Position numbers and translations under genes: made by a program | Notes under the pieces: model-generated | Seen by the model: the letters and a program-made list of their open reading frames with translations, nothing else | Told to the model about the DNA's origin: nothing | Databases searched by the model: none | Assembly: GCF_036321535.1 (NCBI RefSeq) | Contig: NC_087436.1 | Span: forward strand, 31,808,001 to 31,872,000 | Source of the DNA: Camelus dromedarius | Taxonomy: Eukaryota | Direction of reading: 5' to 3' | Length of the DNA stretch: 64,000 nucleotides | Shown: positions 51,497 to 62,519 of the stretch, piece after piece | Position numbering within the stretch: the first letter of the stretch is position 1 | How the letters are laid out: every line of letters begins with the position of its first letter

Positions 51497-53604
51497 AAGA
51501 ATCTGTTCTTTTTGTAACAGAACATAATTGGAGAAAATAGTTGTATAATTGAGCTTTGTCATATGTCATATTTGAGAATGATATGCATAGAATTAGTTAT
51601 GACCAGACGGTTTTAAGGAACTAAGACTGACTTTATGGAGCCAATGCTTACAAATCGCTCTTGGGGAAGGAAATCAGCCTAGTATCTGACTAAAAGGGTT
51701 TTCTGGTCTTACAGGTAAGTAGAGCCCAGGAACCCTGGGATGTTTGGGGGACCTAAAGAAGAGAGGAAATCATCCTTATGTATTGCAGGTAAAGTTTGCT
51801 GGTGAGTTCTTGGCTTCCTATATTCAAGAGGTTTTTTTAAAAAAATCTTTTGAGATTCCTTATTAAAAGTTCTAGCAAAACAGACTTTAAAAGGCCTATG
51901 TGTTAATTAGATTATTGCTGAATTTATGTAAATAATCAGGCCAAATATAATGAGACCAGATTTATTTTGTAAATAAGATTTAAAAGGGAGGATGACTATA
52001 TAGAGAAATTTCATGTTTCTTAAACTATAGGAAATATTTATGTTTTATTAATTATAGGAAAACTATAGCACACCCTCATGGGTTATCAGATTCTGGTCCA
52101 ATTCATCATCTATGAGGTTTATCTATCTGCAAACTAAATTGGATCCTGCTGTTTTACACATTTTGTCAATCCTCACCAAATTTTCAGTTCTTCTAATTTC
52201 CTCCAATATTTGGCTAGAACTCTCCAAATTAATGTTTCCAATTTTTCTCCCACCCTCCTGCCTTAGAGCCACTGAGAACTAAAACTTGACTTCCTGGATC
52301 CTTATTGGAATTCTAGATTGTCTTGTACCTAAAGAAGCCCTGGAAGCTAAAGCTGGAGGCTGGGCAACCTTGGTGCCTAGAGCTGCTGCTGTGTGGGCCA
52401 CTCAGGAAGTTCACTGGAAAGCCTGCATCGTCCATGCTCTGCTTTAGGAAATAACCACAATTGTGACACTGATGCCTATCAGAGACATCCAGGCTACAAG
52501 CCAGGAAACTCACCAGTTTACCACTGCTGTCCTCCCTCCACCACCTTAGGATGTTTCAAGCCCAACATCCAGAAATCTTCTCAATTGGCTGCCCTACTAC
52601 CAAGTTCCAACCTATGGTTCAGTTAGTCCTTAGTGAACAAACAGCAACTGATAAGCAATGGACTTAGACTATCTAAGGAAAGAAAGAATGTGTCTTCTGT
52701 CTTTGAATGAGGGGAGGGGCTGACAAAAACTCTCCTTGACAAAACTTTAGGCTCTTCTGAGCTCTCTTTTTGACTGGGCCTTGGCCTTCCCCCGTCCTTG
52801 TTGGGCCTGCACAGCCCAGTGGTAGGAAAAATCCTGCTTAGTCAGTTTGGAGAGAATCCCCTACTCTTGATATCTGATTAGATTCCTCAACCCCTTGTCA
52901 CCCTGGCCTGCCTTCCATAGGAATGTTGTTAAGTCAGTTTAACAAGAATCCCCCAGCCTTTGATGGTGACTGTCCTACCTTTTAGCCATTTTCCATCCAC
53001 TGACCCCTCCCACTCTGCTCCTGGGATACACCTGCAGTGTCCTTGCTGAATTCAGAGCTGAGCATGATCTCTCTCCCCTATCACCATAGTCTTGACATCT
53101 ATTGCAACAGACCTGCTTAAAGTCTTTCTTACTGGTTTAGTAGGTGTCAAAACCAGGTTCCCACCCTGAGACTCAGCATGAGGCCCACCAGTCTCCCCTC
53201 CTGCCACCTGCAAGGCCATAAGCTGTGCCCACCTGGGGGCAGGGAAGTCAAGACAGGCATCTGTGCCAAGAAGCTCCAGGCACCCGGATCAGGGGTGAGG
53301 AGGAAATAAAAATTGCTCATTTCTCTGGATCAGAGGGCAAGTCGGAGACCTCAGTGGTAGATACACTTGGGGGACACCTGTGCCCAGCAGAATTGACATC
53401 TCACAAGGGTCACAGCAGCACAGGCAAAGAAAGAGGCTTGAACAGAAACCAAAACAAAACAAAACAAAACTGAGCAGTTGTTCTGGAGCACATGAGAAAA
53501 TTCCCTGAGAAATTTCCAGAAAGAGCAGAGGGAAGACTTCAAGGAACTACATTTCAGCAAATGGATCAGTGAGTGACAATTTAGTTACAAAAAGGAAATG
53601 TAAC

Positions 53605-53689
53605 TTCATTTTGAAGTTCCACACTGCTGAGGCAAAAATGTATGGGTTGCACATTCCAGAAATGATAAGCAGCTAACATTATTCTCATT
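53605..53689 (-). pseudogene. Pseudo-exon 7 (85 nt, phase 0 to 1): NENNVSCLSFLECATHTFLPQQCGTSK*
   Basis: Strong acceptor tttttctttgcattttag|; weak donor GAA|gttaca; phase fits neighbours, frame uncertain. Confidence 0.45.
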
Positions 53690-53734
53690 CTAAAATGCAA
53701 AGAAAAATCTATGCTATTCACCACCTTAAGAAGC

Positions 53735-55350
53735 AGACTAGAAATGATTTCTTGGATATAACACCAACACACAGGCAACAAAAGGAAAAACAGACAAATT
53801 GGACTTCATCAAAATTAAAAACTTTTGTGCATCCAAGAGTATAAAAAGGGAAACCACAGGATGGGAGAAAACATTTGCAAATCACTATTAAATAAGGGAT
53901 GAATATTTAGAATATATAAAAGTAGGTAAAGTGTGGATAGGAGTTATTGTTTAACGGTACAGAGTTTCCATATGGGATAATGAAAAAGTTCTAGAGATGG
54001 ATAATGATGATGGTTGAACAACAATGTGAATATTCCTAATGCCATTAAAATGGGTAAAATGGTAAATTTTATGTATATTTTACTATAATAAAAAAACACA
54101 GAATAACCTAACTACCAAACACCCTTAATTTATTAAACCAATAAATTAGGAGATGGTTATTGGAATATAAAAGTATTTGTCGATTTTCAAATGATTTCCT
54201 TTAAGGAAAATTCTTTCCTACATCTTTACTGTCTCTTCACAAACCATTAAACATTTGTAAAGCAGTCAAAAGTGGGTAAGAGGAAAATGTGAAGAAAAAA
54301 ACAAAATATACCAGAGACCTTGTACAACTGTGTCTGTCTATTTACAAGGCTATTGAGTATTCTGTTTATATTGGTTTTCTAAATGTTCTGCTTTGAAAAA
54401 ATTGAAAACTTACAGATATAGTTCAATGAACTTCCTTGAATCTATTATCTGGCTTCATCACTTGTTAACAATTTGCCACATTGTCTTTCTCTCTGTCTGT
54501 CTAGTCATATATATAATTATTTTAATTTTATTATTATTCTTGATGCGCTATTAGAGAGTAAACTGCAGACATTATGATTCTTTACCCCTAAATAATTTTA
54601 GCATGTATTTCATAAAAACAGTGACTTTGTACTTTAGATCTACAGCACAGTGATAATCCATAAGAAATTTAACATTGATGCAGTTCTATACAATGCATAT
54701 ACAAGTTTCTCCAGCTGTCTCCTTAATGTCATTTATAGAAAAGAATAATTACCTTTCTATCCAGAATCTAATCCAGGATATGTGTTAAGTTGTGTTCTTT
54801 AATCTCTTTTAATCTGGAACAGTTCAGCCTTTTATGGTATGAACAATTTTGAAGAGTACAGTCCAATAATAGCATGTCCCTCAATTGGAATTGATCTAAT
54901 TTGTTTTTATGATTAGTTTCAGGTAACCCATTTTGGGCAGGAATACTACACAGGTGTTGTGTCCTTCTCAGTGCATCATATTAGGAGACACATGACATCA
55001 GTTTGTTCATTCTTCTGCATTCTCTCTTGGTTAAAATAATGTCCACTGGGTTTCTCTACAACAAGATTACCATTTTTCCCTTTGTTATAATTTGTGGGCA
55101 AGTACTTTGAGACCAAGTAAATATCCTGCCAAAGTTGAACTCAGTGGTTTTAGCATCCATTGACAATTCTGGGCTTAATCAATTATTTCTTATTTTTTCT
55201 TTTTTTCTTTTTTAAATGGAGGTACTGGGGACGGAACCCAGGACCTTGGGCATGCTAAGCACACGCTGTACTACTGAGCTATTACCCTCCCCCCTGATTA
55301 TTTCTATAATGGTTGCAAAATGGTAATTTTTCAACTCTACCATTTCTTTT
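53735..55350. mobile_element. L1 fragments: sense L1/L1MB (~53735-54095), antisense L1MC-type 3'UTR (~54370-55350)
   Basis: ttggacttcatcaaaattaaaaacttttgtgcatc; tgaaaaagttctagagatggat; ttttgggcaggaatactacacaggtg. Confidence 0.75.
55191..55294 (-). mobile_element. Camelid-type tRNA-derived SINE (short form)
   Basis: Minus strand ggggagggtaatagctcagtagtacagcgtgtgcttagcatgcccaaggtcctgggttcc; TSD attatttct 55182-55190 / 55297-55305. Confidence 0.85.
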
Positions 55351-55786
55351 ACTAAATGTTGTTTTCAAATGTAATGTTTTGTAGCAAATAAGTGCATTCT
55401 TTTATATGGAAGATATATCAGAAATAAATTTGTATTATGGCTGTTAAGGTGAAAAAAGCAGCCATCCAAGACTACACTAGTATTTAATATAGAGAGTTCT
55501 ATCTCTAAGATAAGGATTAAAAGGGGGTAGGAAACATTTTAAAGAAGCCTGATTATAAATAACCAAGCTGAGGATAAACACCAATTGGTAACAATTAGGG
55601 ATTAGTTTGATCCTGGGTGTTTATTTCTTTAAAGCTTATTTTAGGTATTATCTTAAAATGGGGTATAGTATCTCTAATTGTATTTAACTGTTTTTCAAAA
55701 ATACACTTTATATTTTTCTTAAAAAATTTGAGCGTGCTAGTATTTTTTTCTTAGTTTCTTATATTTAAGCCTAGCTAGACCGTGAC

Positions 55787-55876
55787 CCACAGAATTAAAG
55801 GATCATTACCCACATAACAGCAGGATATAGTAATTGCACATAATAAACTAGAAGGAAACATCTTTAGATGCTGAAC
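55787..55876 (-). pseudogene. Pseudo-exon 6 (~90 nt): VQHLKMFPSSLLCAITISCCYVGNDPLILW
   Basis: Polypyrimidine tract tgtttatttttgcaa|G (AG apparently mutated to AA, or caag| one base later). Donor TGG|gtcacg or GG|gtaatg (55810). Stop-free; HLKMFPSSLLCAI resembles recalled YKKYWPNHIMLVL. Confidence 0.55.
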
Positions 55877-55913
55877 TTGCAAAAATAAACATATTAAGTG
55901 AGAAAGCCTTGAC

Positions 55914-56071
55914 TCAGTGGTTCTAAACCCTGATAGCACAGAAGAAACACCTGGGAGCATTTAAAACACCCAGGCCCCACCTCAACCCAGTTATATCAGC
56001 CTAGCGCCAGTGCATTATTGAAAAAACTCCCCAGGTGGTTCTAATGTGCAGCCAGAGTTGAGGACCACCAT
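55914..56071 (+). mobile_element. MER5-like MITE
   Basis: cagtggttctaaaccctg...cacctgggagcatttaaaa...ctccccaggtggttctaatgtgcagccagagttgaggaccac. Confidence 0.85.
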
Positions 56072-56629
56072 CTTAATCCATTATCTATTGAGGAAACAAT
56101 TAGACCTCAGGCTGGTTTAAAGCTTCCTACCCACTTCTCCATTGCTTTTTTCATCCCAAGCTAATATCTTTTGTTCTTACCAAAGCACCTTGGGATTTGG
56201 CTAGAGGAATTCTTTCCACAGCTGTAACCACTTTTCCTTCCTCTTAGAGTTCCTCCTTTGAGGTAGGACAGGACACAATATATATTCCCATTTCCCCTGA
56301 TTCCTCTCCTACAAGGAGTCCCTTTCATTTAAAGGTTTTTTTTTTTTTTTTAAATGCAACAAATGAAATAAAACATTGCAGAAATTATAAATATTGTGAA
56401 AAATTCAGTTAATTCTTAAAATATCTCTTGTTAATTGAAATATAAACAAAATTCTCCCTGCTTTTTTCCCTTCCCAACCTCTGGTGTTGAAATTTCTTCT
56501 CACAGTACTCATAAGGGTCTTCAGTTTCAGTAAAGAAGCTATAATGTTTCTCTAATGCTCATTTGTTTGCCTTTAAAGGCCCATAATTGCATGCAAAATC
56601 CATCCTTCTTTTCATTTGAAAAACTGCAC

Positions 56630-56773
56630 CTGATGAGTTTTATGGCTTCACTTCAGTAGGACCATGCAGGGCTCAGACAGGTGCCTTGTAATCTCCTCCC
56701 CTCAGCCTTTCAGCAACACAGTAATCCCCCTGATCTAGAACAACACTGAGTTCATATCCATTACTGGGTGTCT
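56630..56773 (-). pseudogene. Pseudo-exon 5 (144 nt): RHPVMDMNSVLF*IRGITVLLKG*GEEITRHLSEPCMVLLK*SHKTHQ (frame uncertain)
   Basis: Acceptor cactttatgttcag|, weak donor CAG|gtgcag; length is a multiple of 3. Confidence 0.45.
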
Positions 56774-57263
56774 CTGAACATAAAGTGCTATTTTGATAAT
56801 AGATAGGCTTCCACAGAGGCAAGGCTAAATTCACCACAACTGACTTTAGTTGTAATAAATAGCACCAAATGCACTGGCCTTTCTATACCAGAAAAAATCC
56901 AAGCTTGTTTTAGTGATCTAGTCAAAAGACAATTTCCAAAACCTCTGTCAGTATGACAGATAACCTGCCTTAAGGTTTTGGTCTCTTCTGGACACCTGAT
57001 TAAGCATGAAGAAAGGAGGAAAAAAAATAATACTTTCCCAGTTTTATTACTTTATTTTAAAAGAGAGGTTATTATAGTGAACCCATTACTTGTTTTCTGA
57101 CTTCAACAATTATCAACACTTTGCCAGCTTTGGGAAAAAAGGAAATTTAATACTAGGGACAGCTACAATAATTAAAACAGTCCCACTGAAAATATAACAA
57201 GCTGATCTTTAATATTGTACAGGAGAAAAAGAAAAGAATTTTAGTCAGTTTATAGACACTTGC

Positions 57264-57431
57264 TTTCCTCTGGCCCAGCGTTCAGTTTTCTGTATTATTG
57301 TATAAGAAATTGCTGAATGGTAAAGAACATTTTCAGCTGAAACAACAACATAAACATTGCCTTCACTGGGTTTTGTGAGACCCTGGCTGGGAAGAGTGGT
57401 ACTGTACTTCTTCCGAGATGGCTACAAGGTC
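57264..57431 (-). pseudogene. Pseudo-exon 4 (~168 nt): TL*PSRKKYSTTLPSQGLTKPSEGNVYVVVSAENVLYHSAISYTIIQKTERWARG
   Basis: Acceptor tcttttgaaactag|; degraded or GC-type donor gcaagt; over 50 codons open after one TAG. Confidence 0.45.
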
Positions 57432-57689
57432 CTAGTTTCAAAAGACTATGGTGGATGTGAGAAATGGGGAAAGAGTGCTCTTCTCCAGCCAGAGGCATTC
57501 TGTGATGGAAAAGACCCATCCAGGATGAGGCCTGGAGAGATCTAGGTTCTGTCCTCAGCTCTGCTGATAGGTGGCTGGGTGACCACTAACAGAATGAAGT
57601 ATCGTATAAAATCAGAGTTAACAAAAAAAGATGTGGAAGGAAATTATGCAGAGTCCAATTGAGCAGATTAGGTTTCAAGTGGCTGTCTT

Positions 57690-58360
57690 AATAAAGGAAA
57701 AAAAATTGACCCTGAGTCGGATTAACCTCTAGGCTTAACTACCATTTATAGGGGGTAGAGGAATAAGTTAAATAACTGCAAGGAAACCATCAGCTGAATC
57801 CAGAAGCGGGAGACATGCCACAGAAAAAAATGAGCCAGCTTCTATAACAAATCAATGCATAAGGTGAGGGAAATGGGAAGGGGGAGGCCCTTGTAGAATA
57901 AAGGGGACTTAAGAACCAGAGCAAACAAATGTATTGTTTGGACAATTTTTATGGCATAATTCAAGCAAAACAACTAGAAAATCCATCTCTGAGACAGAAA
58001 GGGAAATTTGAAAACACCTGGGCATTAGATATTAAGAAAGTATTCACAATTTTGTTAGGTATGATAATGGTATAGTGGGTTTTTTTTTTAAGTCTTGTTA
58101 GAGATGTTTATTAAAGTATTTGGAAATGACATGATATCTGAGATTTTCTCTAAAACTTTTCAAGAAAATAAAAAGGAAAAGAAGGAAGGGAGGGAGGAAA
58201 GAAAGAAAGGAGAGAAAGAAGAAAAGTATGTGAGGTGGAGGGAGATGAAACAAGATTGATAAAGTGTTAGTTTTTGTTGAAACTGCATAAGTGATACATG
58301 GCAGTTCGTTACGCTTTTCTACTTCTGTGTATGTTTTAAAATTTCCATAATTAAACATTT
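57690..58360 (+). mobile_element. L1MC4/5-type 3'UTR
   Basis: ttttgttaggtatgataatggtatagtgg...gaaatgacatgatatctgagatttt...aaatttccataattaaac. Confidence 0.75.
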
Positions 58361-58623
58361 TTTAATGGATGCTTTGGGGCATCTGGGGGGATATGTTAGT
58401 GTAAGCCCACCTGCTCCTTGGGATGCACAGCTGAGAAATTTTCATCCTATTTTAAGGCAAACACTGTAGTAGCACTTAAAGGGCACATGCAGCCATGATT
58501 TAGGCTTATTCCAGCATTGCTTTTGTGTCATAATTCACTATTGTTGAAGGACTGTTTATTTCCTGCTTATTTGCTGTTTCTGTAACTCAATGTTTTCTAG
58601 CTTTCCTGTGCTTTATGAAATAC

Positions 58624-58771
58624 CATTTATAAATTAAACACCGTGTGAGTCCCCAAGCTGGGTCACTTAGATGAAACAGAAGTAGTTCTTATACCACCAG
58701 AATACCCAGGAAAGTACGTTTCATTCTGTGAACACACTTATGGACTCAGTTGAAAAAGCACTGTGGAAATT
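58624..58771 (-). pseudogene. Pseudo-exon 3 (148 nt, phase 1 to 2): FPQCFFN*VHKCVHRMKRTFLGILVV*ELLLFHLSDPAWGLTRCLIYK
   Basis: Weak acceptor aaactcag|, donor TG|gtattt; phase fits both neighbours. Confidence 0.38.
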
Positions 58772-59388
58772 CTGAGTTTTATCATTTAAAATGAGCAAAG
58801 TGTCAACTCAAGGCCCTAGCCATGGGCAAACATGAATTATGATGCTCTCCCCAACAGTACAAAAGAATTCAATGACAAATTTTGGTTTCTTCTAGAGCCT
58901 CCGACATATAAGCAAGCAAAAGCTACTGAACAGCAGTTGGCAGGGATGTGACTTTCTTGTACCCAAAAGAGATCTCTCAGAGTCTAAAATCCTAACAAAG
59001 CCTTCTTCATAGGTTTTTTAATATGAAGAAGGCCAACATCAAATAACTATTTAATTTGAGATCTAAACTTAATTTAAAAAATATTAGCCAAGTTTTTCTG
59101 TACTAATTTGCTTTTAGGGTACACTTTTAGCAGAATTCTAAATATTCTAGAGTAGCTGTTAAATTATTAGTGAGCCAAAATGTGGTTAATTTTTTTTCAG
59201 AATTGGAAGAAAAGCAGTAACTCTTTAAAGATCTTTAATGACATCTCCAATAATATATCTCCAAACGCCCATTCTCTTTTGAACAGAGGCCCAGCATGGG
59301 AAAACTGAGGCAAGTCATAGCGAGGCCAAGGATAGATTTTAGGATTAAAATACTCCCAACAATTGATATACAGTAAGACATAGCCCTT

Positions 59389-59536
59389 GAGGGATGGCAT
59401 AGCTCAGTGGTAGAGTGTGTATGCTTAGCATGCATGAAAGTCATGGGTTTGATCCCAGTACCTCTAGTTAAATAAAATAATAATAATAAATAAACCTAAT
59501 TACCTCCCCTCCAGAAGTCAAAACATAACAAAACAA
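59389..59536 (+). mobile_element. Camelid-type tRNA-derived SINE
   Basis: catagctcagtggtagag...atgcttagcatgcatg...gggtttgatcccagtacctc...aaataaacctaattacctcccc. TSD aagacatagccctt 59375-59388 / aagataaagccctt 59537-59550. Confidence 0.88.
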
Positions 59537-59559
59537 AAGATAAAGCCCTTAAAACATCT

Positions 59560-60220
59560 GGCATTTCTTCTTCATTCTACTTTTTACTAGAAATGTGCAA
59601 ATATGCACATAAGCGTATAGACCAAAAATTTTCAAAAAAAAAAATTTTTTTTTCACAAAATTGATCACAATTCTGTACCCAACACCCAGATCAGAAAACA
59701 AAACATTGCCCAGCAGTCCCCCTTGTATACCACCAATTTCAATTACCACAATCTCACTGTAAGCCCTATTCGGTGCTCTTTTGCCACATTTTATTTTTGC
59801 ATTTTCAACTTTCATAAATGGAATCATGCAGTATGACTTTTTTTGTATCTACCTTCTTTTGCTCAATATTGCTTATAAAATTTACCCATATTGTTGCAGG
59901 TGCTATGATTGTCATTTCTGAATAGTATTTTGTTGTATGAATAACCCATAGATAATCCATTCTCGTGTTGATGGGAATTAGGGTTCTTTCCAGTTTGGAA
60001 AATTAATTACAAACTGAGCTGTTATGAAATTCTCATACTATCTTTTGGTGTACCTAGAAATGCATGTCTGTTGAGTATATGTAGATAGCATTTGTTTAAT
60101 GAAACCTGAGATTTACAGCACAGGGACCATATTTTCTTTATCTTTGTGGTCCCAGGACACACTAGTGCCTGGAACTTAGTAGATACTCCATAAATCTTTG
60201 CTAAATGAATGAATAAACAG
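59560..60220. mobile_element. Antisense L1ME-type 3' end (~59560-60085) followed by an L2 3' end
   Basis: cataaatggaatcatgcagtatg...gttctttccagtttgg; agtgcctggaacttagtagatactccataaatc...gaatgaataa. Confidence 0.7.
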
Positions 60221-60946
60221 ATGATCTCTGTGGCCCATTATCTTTCCTTCAAGACCTAATGCCATATCACCCAAATTAGTATATTTTGGGGTGTCTTTGA
60301 AATCTTTCTGTTTATACACATGTCAATTTTCCTTTCTGTTAAGTGCTATCACAGAAGAGGTTTCCCATATTATGTATCTCTGTGTTGTAACTGAAATGAT
60401 TGATGCCCTGTAGGCTTTTCAAACAACAACATGCATATTAAGACTGCCCTCTGCCTGGTGCTTGCTTTATGCTTTGTGAACTGCCTGACACTTCTGCTCA
60501 AAGAGTCATTTGTCACTGAGGCTGCGTTCTACATTTATCTGTCTGCTACTCTTTTTCCAGTATACCATAACTAGACTTTTTTACTTGTATTATCTCTGGT
60601 TATAATACCAGCTCTCATAAGTTGGTTACATAAACTTAAAAAAAGTGAACTTTAAACTAAAATTTTGACTTTTATCTTTTTGCAATGTAGGCGTGGGACC
60701 AAAAAGAGCAATTTTTGAGGCTGTATTTATATGAAACAGAAAATGCTATGACATATGTTGCAGGTGCTGGTATGAAGCCAAAAGAAATGGCTACCACTAT
60801 TAGAATCTTACCTTATTTTCCTTTCTTTATTTTGGAAAATGTAACTTTCACTGTGGGTGGCATTCGTTAATATAATGAGAAGATGATGGAACGAGACAGA
60901 AAAATACCCCAAGCTCTTCATGAAGCCATAGACACTAACAAAGTAC

Positions 60947-61439
60947 CCACCCAAGTAGACTTTCAGAGTGTTACAGGGTTCAAGGTCGTGTGACTCTTAA
61001 CATTAGCATCCTCTAGAATAGAAGACTCAACACTACTGGTAGCTCAAAAGATTAGCTCTAAAAACATTAAGAATTAGAAATAACATATGACTTGCTACAC
61101 ATTTTTGCTGAAGACAAAATGTCTTCATGAAGAGACTAGATTAGGGATGTCAACCCACAAGCCTTTCAAAGGAAGGCGATATCTAAAAAGAACAGTCACT
61201 TAGCTTGTCCAATTAACTCAGAAGTATCCTTGACATTTTTCCTCCGGGAAGAAAGACTTTGGGTGACAGTTTTTATATTGCTGTTGTTTGGGGTTGTGGA
61301 ATTTTCTCCTTCGTTGTTTTCAAGCCCTTAAGCGATGGGAGATGGCCTTGAACCTAAACTCTGGAGTTTTTCACCTCCTTGCATGCATGTAGCTAGTTTT
61401 TCTGGGTCATCGTACTTGTAGTTTAATTTTTTTTTCCTC
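60947..61439 (-). pseudogene. Tentative pseudo-exons 1 (61204-61439) and 2 (60947-61012)
   Basis: Exon 1 ends ...PKVFLPGGKNVKDTSELIGQ G|ctaagt (GT donor apparently mutated to CT). Exon 2 has acceptor tcttctattctag| and reads DANVKSHTTLNPVTL*KSTWV G|gtactt. Both phase 1; no recognisable homology. Confidence 0.33.
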
Positions 61440-62519
61440 CTAAAGTCACTTTGATATCTCATCATCATTTAAAAACTACTGTTCCCCAGAGTCTCTCCCA
61501 CTTGTCTTTTAGATGACTGATTACAATCAAAAGAGAAGACAAAAGTAAAATAAACTTTAAAATAAACCTAAGAAGAAAAGGGGAAAAATCCAAACCATTT
61601 AAATCAGTGCCATAAAACTATTTTAGAAAACCAGCTTTCTATATTTTAATGCTTTCCATGTCTGAGGCATTTCTCCAGACTTTGGTGCTATAATTGTAAC
61701 ACCATCTTGACACTTCTACTTTTAAGCCATAAAGTTTTTGCCTTTCCCTTTCTCAAAGAAAAAAGTTGCAGCCAGTGACCACTATGCATACTTAAGACTC
61801 ATAGGTAATGGAGGCAGCAGGGAAATGTCCCCACTGAACAAGCAGATAGAAACCTATGTTTCTTGATGGTATATGGAATAGGGAAGGTGGCCAGGGCATT
61901 AAAGAAAGGAGAAAGGCTGAAGTTTACACTTGGTTTGACAAGGAAGTGGAGGAGGGGGAATGGGCAGGAGACAATGCCTGCAGGGAAGAAATCAGCAAAG
62001 GGGGTGGGGTGGGGAGATTCTGTTGTGAAATTCAGAAAGTAGGGCCCCTGCAGGCATATGAATTGCCCCTTCTGAGAAGACTTTTAGAAAAGAGCCCTCT
62101 TTTCCCATTTGATGCAAGAGGACATCAGGCCACATGTTAGCTGCTTTTAGAGCCCTGGTCCAAGTGCTCTGTGCAGGACAAAACCTATACAATCAAGGTT
62201 GTGACCATCACTGCATGGCTGCCTTGCAATTTATCAGTCCTTTGGTTGTCCCACCCTGAAAGGGGCATTTATCCAGGTCATGTCTAAGCCACCCAGCAAT
62301 GACCTTTCTAGATAGCCCGACTGTGTAGGAATTCTGAGGCATAAGCAGCAATCTGAGCACATAGTTTGGAATTAGTGGAGGAAGGGACAGGGAGAGAAGG
62401 CAATAAAAAGGCTTATCTCAAGATCTAAAAAAAAACAACAACAACAAAACAGTCAAAAATTTTTTAAAAAATAAGGAGCTGCAGTAAACAGAGCTGGAGA
62501 AACTATAACAAATAAAAGT

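Larger units (their letters stand above)
46184..53150 (+). mobile_element. Non-autonomous ERV1 provirus with MER31-like LTRs (5' LTR ~46184-47402, split by an L1; 3' LTR 52721-~53150)
   Basis: The two LTRs share agtcagtttRgagagaatc, (tt)cagagYtgagc and taaagtctt..cttactg. Polypurine tract gaggggagggg lies just before TG at 52721; 5' LTR ends tttaaca. AT-rich internal region without gag/pol/env ORFs. Confidence 0.75.
26177..61439 (-). pseudogene. Candidate unitary (non-processed) pseudogene of a divergent GREB1-family (TAGT + GREB1_C) gene; up to 16 decayed exons
   Basis: Chain of minus-strand segments bounded by acceptor/donor signals, lying between repeats, with compatible phases. Translation has motifs colinear with the GREB1 C-terminal region as recalled. 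About 20 in-frame stops, ~3 inferred 1-nt indels and several broken splice sites. Confidence 0.62.

Noticed and set aside
47403..52720. Possible retained ERV coding genes (gag/pol/env)
   Set aside because: Only short ORFs without retroviral motifs; the internal region is AT-rich and non-coding.
59389..59465. tRNA-gene-like A/B boxes (also near 43100-43170 and 55220-55294)
   Set aside because: These are SINE heads with A-rich tails and TSDs, not tRNA genes.
26177..61439. Calling the fossil gene GREB1 or GREB1L itself
   Set aside because: Both are well conserved across mammals. Similarity here is only at motif level with many stops, so at most it is a distant paralog; no gene symbol assigned.
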